This document shows, one piece after another, positions 24,123 through 36,645 of a DNA stretch of 64,000 nucleotides (the stretch's first letter is position 1; every line of letters starts with the position of its first letter). The translations under genes were made by a program, and so were the position numbers. The notes beneath the pieces were generated by a model. It saw nothing but the letters and a program-made list of their open reading frames with translations, was not told the origin of the DNA and searched no databases. The DNA is from Lepidodermella squamata (taxonomy: Eukaryota > Animalia > Gastrotricha): contig JBLDXI010000013.1 in NCBI GenBank assembly GCA_047495785.1, positions 558,001-622,000 on the forward strand, read 5' to 3'.

Positions 24123-27100
24123 TCAGAGTGACACCGAAGAACATGGTTCATATTTTGTGTTAATTGCAGTTCGGCCACAGCACTGGACGTTCGGATCGCC
24201 GTTGACATTGTAAATATATACACCTTCGCAGCACAGCTGATATACGCGACCATTGTCAGAACCAAGCCATTGCTCAACTGTTCCGCCACAACAAAACTGA
24301 GACCTGATATCATAGGGCGAGTTGTTGCAGCAATAAATAAAATCTTGGTCCTTTGACGGGGCCTGCATCAATCGACCATTCTGACATTTAGCATCGGTTG
24401 CAACAGCTTTCGCTGGTTGTCGCTTAGGTCCACTCATAATTGGGAGCTGACTCTCAATATTCACATTTTTAGGGCCAGGTTGGGACTGAGCATTTTGAGC
24501 TTGGTTAGGGCTGCGCTGGGCCGGCTTCGTCTCAACTGGAGCCACTGGAGTCATCATAAAGCTGCTCTGAGAGTTCTGATTAACTGCCGGTGGAGGGTTC
24601 ACTTCGCGCCACTGAATGATGTTATCCCCGTATTGAATGGTATCTTTTCCGTCAGGCGAATATTGGTTCCGCAGTGACATGATAGGCTGAGATTCGATTG
24701 CTTGATGTTCCTGATGCTGATGAGGTTTTATTATTGTTCGCACAATCTGCTGAGGTTGAACGACTTGTTGAGCTTCTTCGATCTGTTGAGCTTGAGAAGG
24801 TTGTTGCATTCGCTGTTGAGTCTGTTGGTCATTCGCTTGTAAATTCGAGATAGGAAAGTTACCGAACGAAGTAGGATTCGGCCAGCTGTTTGGAGAGACC
24901 GGAAGTTCCTGCTGTTCAGCAACTGTGCCAACTGGCTTCGGAAGAGATGCCATTCCCATGTTCTGCAGAGCGGGATTTTGACGTCGGGGGCTAGGTGGAG
25001 GAACGAAGCCAGGGAAATTATTTGAGCGAGAAGCCGGCGAGTTCGATGGCATTTGTTGAGGCTGCCGTTGCGCCGGCCAGTTATTCTCATCTTGTGAGGC
25101 GACGGGTTGCGGTGGCTGATATTTAGGGGTGGTTTCGACTTCTTGCTGTGGGACTTTACCAACAGGGTTCGGCAAGCTTGCTAACCCGCGATCATAAGCT
25201 CCAAATAAACCGGCTTCATAGTCACCTCCTGGCGGAAATTTGTTATCAGTGCCGGGCGGGAAGCGATTGTTCCATTTGGATAGTTGAGATCCGTACGTGT
25301 CGGGGAAAGACGGAATGGCAGGAGCCGCGGGAGCTGGTGGAGGGGGTGCGATAACTGCGGCTGGCATTACTGGTCCCGGTGCAGATATGTTATTCATAGC
25401 ATTTTTGGCCGACTGGGGATTCCAGAACGGAACATACGGTCTTGATCCGAAACCGTTTCTGTCTTCTGGAGCAACAATTTGAACCGAAGGTTGAGGTTTC
25501 GGCATCCTCACCAAGTAATTATCGGAAACTCCTAAACAGAGATAGATTATATGACAGCATCAATTATAATATTACATAACATACTATCTTCAGAGTTTTG
25601 CTGGTTTTCGGTTGGAAATGATTGGGGTTTGTCGAAATCGATTACATTGTCGTTTTCAACGTCATCCTTTGGAAGAAAGAAAGGCATGTCAGGATCAGCA
25701 GTCGTCGTTGCAGGCTTCCTGTCTACCAGCTTTGTCGTGATTTCCGAACGGTCAAACGACCTAGGCTGGATCGGAGATGGCGCATTAGGAGTAGGCCAAA
25801 AGGGTTGCACGAATGGCATTGAAGTTGCAAAGTTTTTGTTAGGAGCTGAAGGTTGCTTTATTGATGCAGGGGCTACGGCGGGCGGGGGCGATCTAGCCGG
25901 TGCCATTTGCGGAGATGCAGCTGCTGGAGCTATCGGCGAACCGATTGCAACAACGGCCCCATTGAAGCACTGGTAATAACGGGCGTCGTATAAATATTGT
26001 CCACAGCAAGCAACTTTATCAAGGCGGGAGAAAGGAACTTGGTAAACGTTTCCACTGCAAGATATCTCCATTTTGTTCATCGCATTGATAGTTGTCGACT
26101 CGGGTTCTGGAAAAGGTGTAGGCGCCTCGGTTGTAGTAGTCTGACGTCTAGTTGTTGGGCGGGTAGTCGTCGTAGTAGTAGTAGTTGAAGTCGAGGTGGT
26201 AGTGGGGCTTCTCGTTCTGGATGCCCGCTGCGTAGTAGCTTGTTCTGTTACGGCCTGAGCAGCTGGCGACGAGCCATTCAAAGCGCTGACGAAAAAGTTC
26301 GGGAGGCCCGGAAGCAAGCTTTTATGCAGCGAATATTGATCACCGAGGCAGACTTGTTGAGTTGGGTCGTAGATGCTACGGCCGCAGCAAGCCATCGGTG
26401 TGCCGTTGTCCCGAACTGTCAGCACCTCGCCACTGGAACACGTCACTTGCTTAAAAGCAGACGCAACAACGCTGGGGGCAAAGGTCATTGGCGGCAGTGT
26501 TTGAGGTCGACGCTGAATGTCCTCAGCGGCCGGCTTAAATGGAGCCAATGTTTGCGGCATTTGCTGGTAAGGAGTGTACATGTACGGCTGTGGTGGCGTA
26601 GGCCTACCCGGCGTGGTCCACACCTGCGTAGGTCTGGTGGTCGGAGCAGTGGTTGGCTGAGTTGGCCGTTGAGTAGTCGTGGTGGTGGTAGTAGTAGAAC
26701 TAATGAGAGTATAGGTAAATTGATAAGTGCGAATAAATTAGGTTATAACTTACGGTGCAAGTTGCATCACAACACCATCCTCGGAACAAGTCTGGCGCCG
26801 GCGGTCAAAAATAGTGTGATCGCAGCAAGACCAGTACAAATCGCCATCGGTTTCGCCGATCGCGAACAGCGCGCCGGCGCAACACAGCACTGTAGGCGTG
26901 GATCTAACGTAGACATATCCTCCGCAGCAAACCTGTGTCGCCGGGTTGTAAGTCCGCTCAGAGCAAGATTTCGTGTCGTCAGCCGCTTCTGCCGTAGTTT
27001 TCGCGCTAGTTCGAGTTACAGGTGGCGGCGTAGGGCGAGGGGTGGTTGTGGTTGTGGTAGTCGTTGTGGTTGTCGTGGTCGTAGTTGTGGCCGGCCGCCT

Positions 27101-27586
27101 TCTCGTTGTCGTCGGCGGCGGCGTCGTGGTTGTAGGTTCAGGCGTTGTTGTTGTCGTCGTCGTTCTAGAGGTTGTAGTCGTCGGCCTAGTCCTGCGAGTT
27201 GTCGTAGGCGTGGTCATCTCCTCGGTTTGCTGATCAGTCTGATCGAAGTAGTCCACAAACGCCGTTGTCATCTGAGTCGAAGTTTCTTGCGTTAACGTCT
27301 TCGCAATAGGCCGCCCGCCCTCGCAAGTCTGATAACGCGAGTCGTACGCTTGATCGGCACAGCAGTCCCAGAATTTTTTCGCCGACGGATCGCCGAGGCC
27401 GAAAATGCGGTCTTGACAACAAATGATGAACGACGTGTTGCGGCCGAAGACCATGCCGGCGCAGCACATTTGCGTCGAAGGGTTGAACGGGATGTTGGAA
27501 TCGCCGCATGTTTCGGCTAAAACGCCCGCGAGTAAACACCCACAGGCGAAAACTAAACAGTTAAGCCCCAAACTGCTCGCGGCCAT
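24123..27586 (-). CDS. Secreted galaxin-repeat / mucin-like matrix protein, 3 exons
   Basis: Signal peptide, repeated (Y/F)(N/D)xxxQxC(C) di-cysteine modules separated by Thr-rich and Pro/Gln-rich tracts, and phase-compatible introns at about 26751-26700 and 25585-25532. Confidence 0.85.
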
Positions 27587-28188
27587 TTTTGCGTAAAAGT
27601 AATACTGTCGCTTTGTTTTCGTTACTTTTAATTAGATGCCGAGTAATTAAAAAGTATTAATAACATCTCCTAAATGTCAAAAAGGAAGATAGGTAACACG
27701 CCGGAGCCTTGTTTTTGACGTGCAAGGTGTCGGAGAATCAAGTTGCAGTCAGCGAATAATTGACGCGATGTCTTTGTTTGAGTAAGACAGGTATTCGCCG
27801 CTCATCAAAGTATTACATTGTTGTTATTTTCAACGAAACAACAAAGCCTGCGTATAATAAGACATCTCCGTTTGCATATAAAGTTTATTTTGTTTTTGGT
27901 GTCATATGAGCCTTGGCGTTGCGACTACAAATTTCCGTGTTTACAGGCGCCAATGATAATAAAACGTGACAAATCTCGGGGCGACAAGCCATGGAAGTTA
28001 AATTAACTTTTAGCCGCCTAAACGTGAAATGGACGCACGCTGTATGCACGGGCCTATTATTGTTAGGATACTCAGAAACCGATGTCGGAAAATTATTTGT
28101 TAGTCGCGCAGTAATTGGTCTGATAATGATAATGATGCGAAGACACACGGCTCGCGTTAGTTGTCAAATTAAAATTCACCGTGTCAAC

Positions 28189-28226
28189 GATGATGATGAT
28201 GATGACCAGTGGTGGTGGTGGTGGTG
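28189..28226. repeat. Compound microsatellite (GAT)5...(GTG)6
   Basis: Directly visible. Confidence 0.9.
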
Positions 28227-30144
28227 TAATACTTGTAGAGAGCGCAAGAAGGCAGAAGAAAGCATGTCTGGCTATACGCGGCGGCAATGAGTGAACAAGA
28301 GTTTTTCAGAAAAGCGCCTCTGAAGCGGGCAAGGCTTGAGATATAAATCTCATGACCTACACGAACACGCGTGCCAATTTAACTGCAGTTAGAGGCGCAA
28401 AACGACCTGACCTTAACGAAAAAAGGCATTAGCTAGGAAGTGGATGGCCCCTGCTCCGCATTAAATGTCATTTTTCTTCGAATTAAAACAAAAAAAGCAT
28501 CATAAAAACACGATAAAATGTGTTGCTACCCCTCATTTTGGGGTTTATGTTTACTGGCAAATATAATCAAAACACAATAGCGCGATGAGGACTGCGAAGG
28601 TGAAATTAAAAACGAAAGGACACTGCGGTTAGGGTACAATAATAAGTTAACAAATTTTGCCCTTCATCTATAAAAGTCGCCATTTAATGATCCTAAAACG
28701 TAAAGCCTTGCGTGTTAGCGTGCCGGAGTCAGTCGACAGCGGATGTAAGGTAACACAATTTTGAGGTTATAAAATGTTGTGAACATCCAGGCGGGGACGC
28801 CGTGCAGCCAGCAGAATGTGTTGATGCAATGCTCGCGTGGTCATTTATAAGCCCGCGCTCTTTCTCATCCTACAAATGAGAAGCGAATGAAAGTTGACGC
28901 GCGCAATAAAAACCACAGAAATCAAACAAAGGTCGCTCGCTGTTAGTCGTTGGAAAAGCGCACACGCGTGCACCTGCTTGTCCTTGTGGACTTCGAATTG
29001 ACTCGACTCGGTTGCGGCCCTGCGCTGCGGCTTGCGGTGCCTGGTAGCGCGCGCGATCATCGAGCCGCTCGGCGGAAGTAGCGCTACTGCCGCTTTTGTC
29101 ATATTTACGACTTTCTTTATTTACTTTTATTTGATATCGCCCCATCATCAACGGAGCAGCGAACGAATTACGTATCTAACGTCAAGTATTAATGCCACAG
29201 AGGACTTGAGAGTAGAAATTTAGAAGCGGGACAAAACGCGGCACAGACAAGCGTATTCGCTACCTATTTCAAGGCAGCAGTGTTTTACTCAGCACCCGCT
29301 AATTCATGTTCGTCTTGCGTGGCAATGCGGCTGAGCTTTAGCGCTGACGATGACCTCTGATGCCCAGCACTGCTACAAAATGGCTGTCCTGGCAGCGCCG
29401 TGAAACCTCAACTTTGAAGTTCGCGCACGATGCGCGTAAACCATACCAGGCTATAAATTAGAAAAATTGATATGCCAAAGTGACCGCGTTCAAAATGTCA
29501 GCAACCTATTCGCGCCAATGTCATCAAGTTTTTTACCTGTTTTACACGGGGATTATTCTGTTTGTCACCGCCGGCTTCGTTCCCTTGGCGCGTTTCAAAT
29601 AATGGAAGCTGTTTTGAGTTAAAAGGCAAAACCGTTTGGCCATTGTCATGTGCATCCCGAGGATAATACGAGGTTTATAAAAATAGCAACAGCGCCTGGG
29701 TTTTTTTCGACCGAAATCGATGAAATGAAAAATTTAACTAAAAATTAAAGGCGGGTACTATGATGACAGTTCCTTGTTTTATTTTCTTTCCATCACAAAG
29801 GATACTCTTCTTAAAGACTCTTATAAGTGGTAGATAAAGCAACTTATAGAACGAGCGAGACGTAAAAAAGTATGCAATAGTGTAAACATATAGTTCGTTA
29901 CCGTGAAGCTCGAAAACAGTATCAGAAGATCGTATTATCAGTTAAGATGTTTGCATCGGTTCGCTCACTAGATTTCTGACATTCGAAGTTTGAACACGGC
30001 AAAAAGTAACATTAATTGAGGACTTTGTATGCATTTCGGATACACAAATATCAATTGAGACGCGTGTGACTCGGAAATGAAAGTCAACCTTCGAGCGGAA
30101 ACCAGCGGAATTTTTCGCTAGAAGGAACATTATCATCATTGTAA

Positions 30145-33100
30145 TCAGAAGGCGCTAATGATGTCTAATTTTATTATCCCTGAGACGGAAGACAAAGAAT
30201 CCCTCGACGGACTCTGATTTAGCTGTGCGCTGTCGCTCGGCGACAGCGAATTCTTGGCGCCTTCATTCTCAGCACTGCTACTTGCACTTCTTGCATGCTT
30301 CGGCTCAGCAACGACATTTTGGTTATTCCTCTTCGAAGATTGCCGGTGATGCGTAATAATCCGCTTCGGCGGCAAGGGAGGGCCGAAGCGCCGATGCGGA
30401 GCAGGCGGAGGACGCGCGCTAGCGCCGAGGTTGGGTATCGGCGGTGGCAGTGGCGATGATGCGTGATTAGAGGTAGTTGGTTTGCTATTGCTGGCGTTGT
30501 TCCTGTTGCTGGTGAGACTGAGCGGAGGGTTCATAAGGACGGTTTCGTAGATGACGCCCGAAGTTTGCGGTGAACTCGAGCCTGTTGACGTAGTCGAGCG
30601 CAACGAATGCGACGATGGCGATGCAGTTTTTACCGAAGCGTCACAACCACGTGGATGCGACTCGCCACCAACAGCGATGCCGGCCGAATACAACAACACA
30701 GCGGCATCGAACGGCCGAGAATCACTGCAGGGCGCTGTTATTACTTCGCATTGAACGATAAGTGGAATCGCTGGAGCGTCATCCTCAGGTCGTAAAATAC
30801 TTGTTTCGCAAGATTCTAAAAGCTCCTCATTGGCGGTTACAACAGTCAGAGCCGCTGCCGTAGCTGCCACTGTCGATGTATCAAGAGAGGCTAGATTCAC
30901 GTAAGTGTTCGACTCATTTTCAGGTTCTTCGATGGGCACCGGAGCTGGAACTGACGGCAGCTCAGATATGAGATTGTTGTTGCCGAGCAATCGCAACCGG
31001 TCCTCGGGGATTTTCAGCATGCACTCGCCCACGACGTGGCGGCTTTCTTTACTTTGTTCAGTACTCTGATCGCGGCTTGTTTTCACGCTGTCGTGTTCGA
31101 AGTCTACGAAGCTGCTTTCACCATCGAAGGAGGCTTTGCGAGGCGAGGTTTTTCTTGTAACCTGAGCTTTACTGTTCTTACGGTTCGATTCGTTCGCAGA
31201 ATTATTCTTGTCGAGTAGGCTTTTCGAACCCCCGTCACTTTTTCCCATGGTGCTTTGCTTCTTGACTATGTAACCGCCGCTATTAGCTCCAGCTGCGGCA
31301 CTACCGGCCGGTTGACCTTTGCGGTTGAGGGTTGGCGAATCTTGAGCATTTGTCGACACAGCCCATTGATCGCCGATTTTCGATAGGCGCGGCCGGGCAC
31401 CGATGTTGCCAGCACTTCTTTGAGCCCTGAAATATCAACAAAACATGAAAAAATGATAGGGAGCCTGAACAGGCAACAAACCGGCAATAACAGTAAATAA
31501 ACACAGATGCTCCCAGAAGCATGAATGCGAAAAACATTCCACAACCAATAACGACGCCAAGTAAAACTTCGTCAGCAGGTTCTGGAAAATACAAATTTAT
31601 TAAGCTTCTTCAACTCGTGAAAAATCAAGTGGAATTACGTTGATCTGATGGCTTGCCAGCAAGACTGCCATTGCTCGTACCAGATTCGACTGAATCTGCG
31701 AATTTACAAAAAATTTACAATGGGCCTTATTGTCCGAACAAAATAAGCCTTACCAATAGTATCGAAGGTTTCCGGAGGCTGACCTTCATTTTCGCTGTAG
31801 ACCATTTTGTTGCACGATATGTTCAGAATACCGGCTTCGACCTTTTCGTCTGTAGTACAACAAAATATTTAGTCAAGGAATGGCAATATTCCAAAATACT
31901 TTATATATAAGGGATAAGGATGGTGTTAATTTAATTGATGAGCTGTAGCTATTACCTTCCACGTCAGGGTAATAAGGCCCCGCGGCGAACGTTTGCATCA
32001 ACGTTGGCATTTGACAGAAGAGTCATTTCAACCGTAAATTGGCAAGATCAATTTCTCACGTTTTGCGAGACTATAGCTAAATGGCCTCATTATGACTCAT
32101 AGGCCGTTTCAACGCCTAAAAATCAAAAAGTGATGTCGGAAGGTAAGAATAATAGAGCATTTGTTCTTGGCATTACAGATTCTTAGCTCGATAATTTGCA
32201 AGCTACCATTCAACTATTTCTGCAAGAGAGCTAGTACGGTGAATCTCCCGGACGATAAGCCAGGTAACATGAGACGGAGTCAGGTATTAATTTAGGCAGC
32301 TTTTGACACAGGTAAAGAGTAAATTGAATAAAAGTTCGTAAAGACATAAAGGAACTAAAATGCTATAAGATTGAATAATTTTGCCAAATTAAGTAAGAAC
32401 AGGAGGTCAAAAGTGGTAATGGCGCCGATCAAGCATGCATGATGAGGGCGACGAACGTCGCCGGTGAAAGTAAACAAAATTTTTCTCTCGCAATATTGAG
32501 GATACTTGAATGAAAAAGAACAGCAATAATTATTTTCCTTATTCATCGCGCGGGATGCAAATTGCTGAATAAAATGCGCGCTTTCGTTTTTTAACTCTCC
32601 CGTAATTATCTGAATTCCAAATTGATACTAGAAGGCTCGCGCTGAAGGGGCTTGTCATACAGATATATGGCACAGCGTACGTAATAAATCAAAATTTATA
32701 TATCTGATCGCACTCCCAGACTGGGTACATTTTTGGCGCGTGATTGAGTACAATGTGATCAACTCGTAACGACAATGAGATGAGCCGGCAAGCCCGCTGA
32801 AAGCGATGCCGATAATTTCATGCCGTTTGATAATGGAGATACGACATTTCCTGCATGTACACGCCCATCTTCGCGAGAGTAATGCGCTCTCACAATTGCG
32901 AAGAAACGCGGCGCATCGTTTTTTGGCCATCGCTGGCGGAAATACCTCGCGACCCTGTGCCCATGCATAAGTAGGGTAATATTTTCAATCAATTCTAAAA
33001 ACTACGCGAAGTGGTGTGATTTCAAGCTATTATATGCCGCGGACAGTTGTTCTACATACGGCGTGCCTAAGAATACGAAGAATATTGATGTTAGCGATAG

Positions 33101-36100
33101 TCGCCTGAGCCGCAAAACGAATCGTTGAAATTGATCACATCAATACGCAGTCCAGGCCGCGGTTTCTTCACGGCTAGGATAGCCAATGTTGTTAAAAAAA
33201 ATTTGAACTGATGCTCTATGCTTAAGCTAATTAATCTAAATTGATTGCCGCTGTTCAAAGTAAAGGAAAGCAACGTATCGATGATAAGAATATCACATGG
33301 ATACTAAATTTAGCTGTGATGATAATCGAATACTGCATTCTTCATTAGCTTTCACCGAATAACACGAGCGCACCGAGAGAAAATTGCGAAAACACGCACT
33401 TCATTCGAGGCCTAACAATACGCGCTTGGGCTGGCGAAAAAAACAACAAGTGAGGAGTATAAACGCAGCTAGTCAAAAGAGAAATGCTAATTAGAAAGGT
33501 ACGTATAAAGGTAGTGGAAGCAAAATGGCAACTTACACGGCGAAAACGGTTTGCAGACGCGTAAACCGACGGAGGAATCACAGCAGCACGAATGTGTTGG
33601 GTTGTGGCAATCGGCGTCGCCGGAGCACTCGTGAAGAGAACAGCCAAATACCGGACAGCTGAAACTTCTCCTGGCTGCTCGATCAGGAAAAAAATATACA
33701 TAAACGCATGAAATATATATTACATAAATTAATCCTATAGGCATATGTGTAAAAGAGTATGTTGCGTGCAATCGATTCATCACTTGAAATTCGAAATTGT
33801 AGGGGTATCGTTTTCAGGTCAAGTACCGAATGTAAATTACATCGGCGTTTGCAGCTTGCAAAAAATTACACGAATTTGGCGTCAGAATTTAGCGCTACTA
33901 GTTTCCCAAACTAAATAGCTTCGAGGCGAACAAGTTGCAGGAGATGACGGCGGAAAAATGCAAATTATCGCGCGGAAACTAGTAAAATATAAGTTTGCCC
34001 ATAGCAAAGTGGCCCGCGAATATCAGCTCCACTCACGATGAGACAAGGTCGCGACTGAGAATTGACTATGTGAAATTCCGCAAGTTTTATTTCCAGGCAG
34101 GACAGGCCGAGCCGGCAACGAGAAAAATGATGGCGCAGTGCTGTGGTCATATTGTACGCTATTCCGGTGGGGAAGTATACGCGCGTGCGTGCGCTTTTTC
34201 GCCCTTTGTTATTATTGCGATTATTTCTATTATTACAACTATTATTGCTTAGTTATATCGGTTGGTCTTGCCGGTTTCTCGATGCGCGCTGCTCAGTGGC
34301 GCGTGCCGATTCGCTTTGCGGAATGTATAAAAAAATGGAAAAGTTTTCCGACTGAAATTATTGATGAATTAATCTACACTACATAAATAAACGATAATTG
34401 TTATTGCTGTCTATATTCGAGCTGCAATCTCGCTGTAAGTATACGGCCTAGTGACATGCATGGATACGAAAGACATGAAACAGCAATAGGAAGAATGTTG
34501 ATTCCATCCCTCTATTATCGCAATTATAATTGTGCCCTTTTAATACGCTCCTGTGCGGCATCAATCAATGTAATTTGGCGTATTATCGTTATTTGAAATT
34601 GAAATAATTTACCTATAGTCGAACATGGGAAAGATACATACAGCACACAGAGAAATATTAAATTCTACTGATTTTTTGTAGAAATGCAACCCGATCAATA
34701 CTACGAATAATGCACACTCAGCAGCATTTTGATCGCTGTAAAATCACTATATAATCTCTTGCATCTTTCCTAGGCTGCGTCTCCTTGTATGTATGTGCAC
34801 TGGCGTTTTATTAGTCGTCGCCGTAGCTCGGAGCAGCGGCTATACGTGCGCGACATGCATTACCTCCCAGATGCGTGTTGTAAAGGAACATTATATTGAA
34901 ATGCAAGTGGAACCACTACTTCCGCCGACATTGTATATAAGTAATGTCTGAGAAGAAAAATTTCACTTTCGCTACTTTTTACGTTAGTAGAAACAGCAGT
35001 CAATGCGCCGCCTATTCGCCATAATAAAAGTGAGCGCAATACGCGGTGCGCGCTTCATTTTTTGCGCCCGCCAGCCGCTGTAAAACTGCGCATGTGATGA
35101 GCGATCATTAGTTTATTACGCAAGATTTCATACGGAGATGAAATAATCGTGAAATGTATTTCCTTTTTTACCGGCAGGCACTGTCATTCGCGTGTCATAT
35201 CTTAAGCTAGCCCCGGAAGTTGCCCGCAAGGGGAGCGCGTGGCATAATAGATTGCATAAAAAAGGTACGCCGGGAGGTTTGAAGTTGATGGCATGACTTG
35301 TTTAGATCAGAATCTTATAAAAATCTTACGTTGGATTTCGAACCAAAATCTAGTCATCAGCCCATTTGCGCTGCTGTATTCGTCGGTTTTGAACTCGAGG
35401 GACATCCCCATGCGCTGCTGTTTGATTACGTCATGCCAGTTGATACGCAATTTCGGTTCGAAAACACACGGCAATACTCCAACGTGGCCGCTCGCATTCC
35501 AGAAGCGCATTACGCTGGAGCAGTCGCTAGTATCACGGCTGGGAATAAAAAAATAAAGAATAGTCATTATTTTTTTGTCAAAAAAGGGACATACGAAACC
35601 GGACGCGCAGTGCCTTCGAATGGGGCGTTAGGTTGGTATCCGCTTCGTGTACCATTAGCCAGCTCCATTTCTATGACTACAAGGTTAAATCCATGGCTGG
35701 AGCGTAGTTCACAAGAGCAAGATGTAGTTTTGCTGAATCGCCGACCCATGAGACCTGAATATCGATGAGCGCTGATTGGATATCCCGGACTCCGCAAGTG
35801 GAATCGGCCGCTCGTAGAAAATTCAAAACGATCGCATATGCTTCTAACAGACGGAATACCATGAGCTAAAAAGACAACAAGAGATATTCGAATCGTTTGA
35901 ATCACATGCAAGCTAACTTTGAACCAATTCGCAAGAAAATAAGACCCGAATTCCCGGTTGAAGCCGCGGAGTCGAAGTTGTATATTCTTCTGAACCGCCA
36001 GAAGAGGGAACGTCAGCAGAAATATAGTAAGCGTCGCCACTCGAGGCGGCTTTTGTCGATGTCTGCGATGCTCCCATCATCGCTTGTTGAGAAATTTTGA

Positions 36101-36645
36101 CGAATACTTTGCACCTCTGCTGACCGTTACATGTTCGCACGATCGAATGCAGATTTGGCTCCGCATTTCGAGCAACAGAGACAAATCTATTGCTGTAGTA
36201 GCTGTTGTTGGATGTGCATTCGTTAATTAAAACTGTGGAGCGAAAATACAAAAAAACAGATACCTGACACTATCTTTGCCGATTTCAAAGTTGTAATCCA
36301 GTTCGCGAGAGCAATCAACTTCGGGCGGTACATAGCCATACTTAAGGATTCTCAGGTTAAATTAAACTGAAATAGGTAGTCAATTTACACAGCTTACCTG
36401 CCAAATTCTGATTGATTCGCCTCGGGGGCACGACAAGACAAGTGTTGAACCATTGCAAGCTTGTGAAGCTTGTACTAAAAATTGTTGACGGTAAAAAATA
36501 AGTCCACATTGCATTAGTTTGACTTACTGGGCCGACGGGTTGATTGAGCTCCAACAAAATTAGCAGTTGTAATAAGCAGAAACGCGACAGAAATGATCCG
36601 GTGTGGGAAGCCTGGTCGAATCAGGTGAAACAGCCAACATGGCAT
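30145..36645 (-). CDS. Type I membrane receptor: signal peptide, SUEL/Gal-lectin-like domain, CUB-like domain, TM, long disordered tail
   Basis: ACNGSTLVLSCPRGESIRI...CNGQQRCKV (SUEL-like), HLRSPGYP..SCSCEL...LEFKTD..RFWFEIQ (CUB-like), TM VLLGVVIGCGMFFAFMLLGASVFIY, and a tail with YVNL, YETV and PPLPPK. There is a ~3.5 kb intron at 35325-31854. Some junctions are uncertain. Confidence 0.7.
33537..33677 (-). CDS. Candidate cassette exon encoding a WAP-like cysteine module
   Basis: CPVFGCSLHECSGDADCHNPTHSCCCDSSVGLRVCKPF, 141 nt, phase 1-1, with a GTAAGT donor. Confidence 0.6.

Noticed and set aside
26240-27295. 351-aa Arg-rich and poly-Val + strand ORFs
   Set aside because: Antisense to the Thr-rich galaxin-like gene.
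35298-35768. 156-aa + strand ORF
   Set aside because: Antisense to the CUB-like exons.
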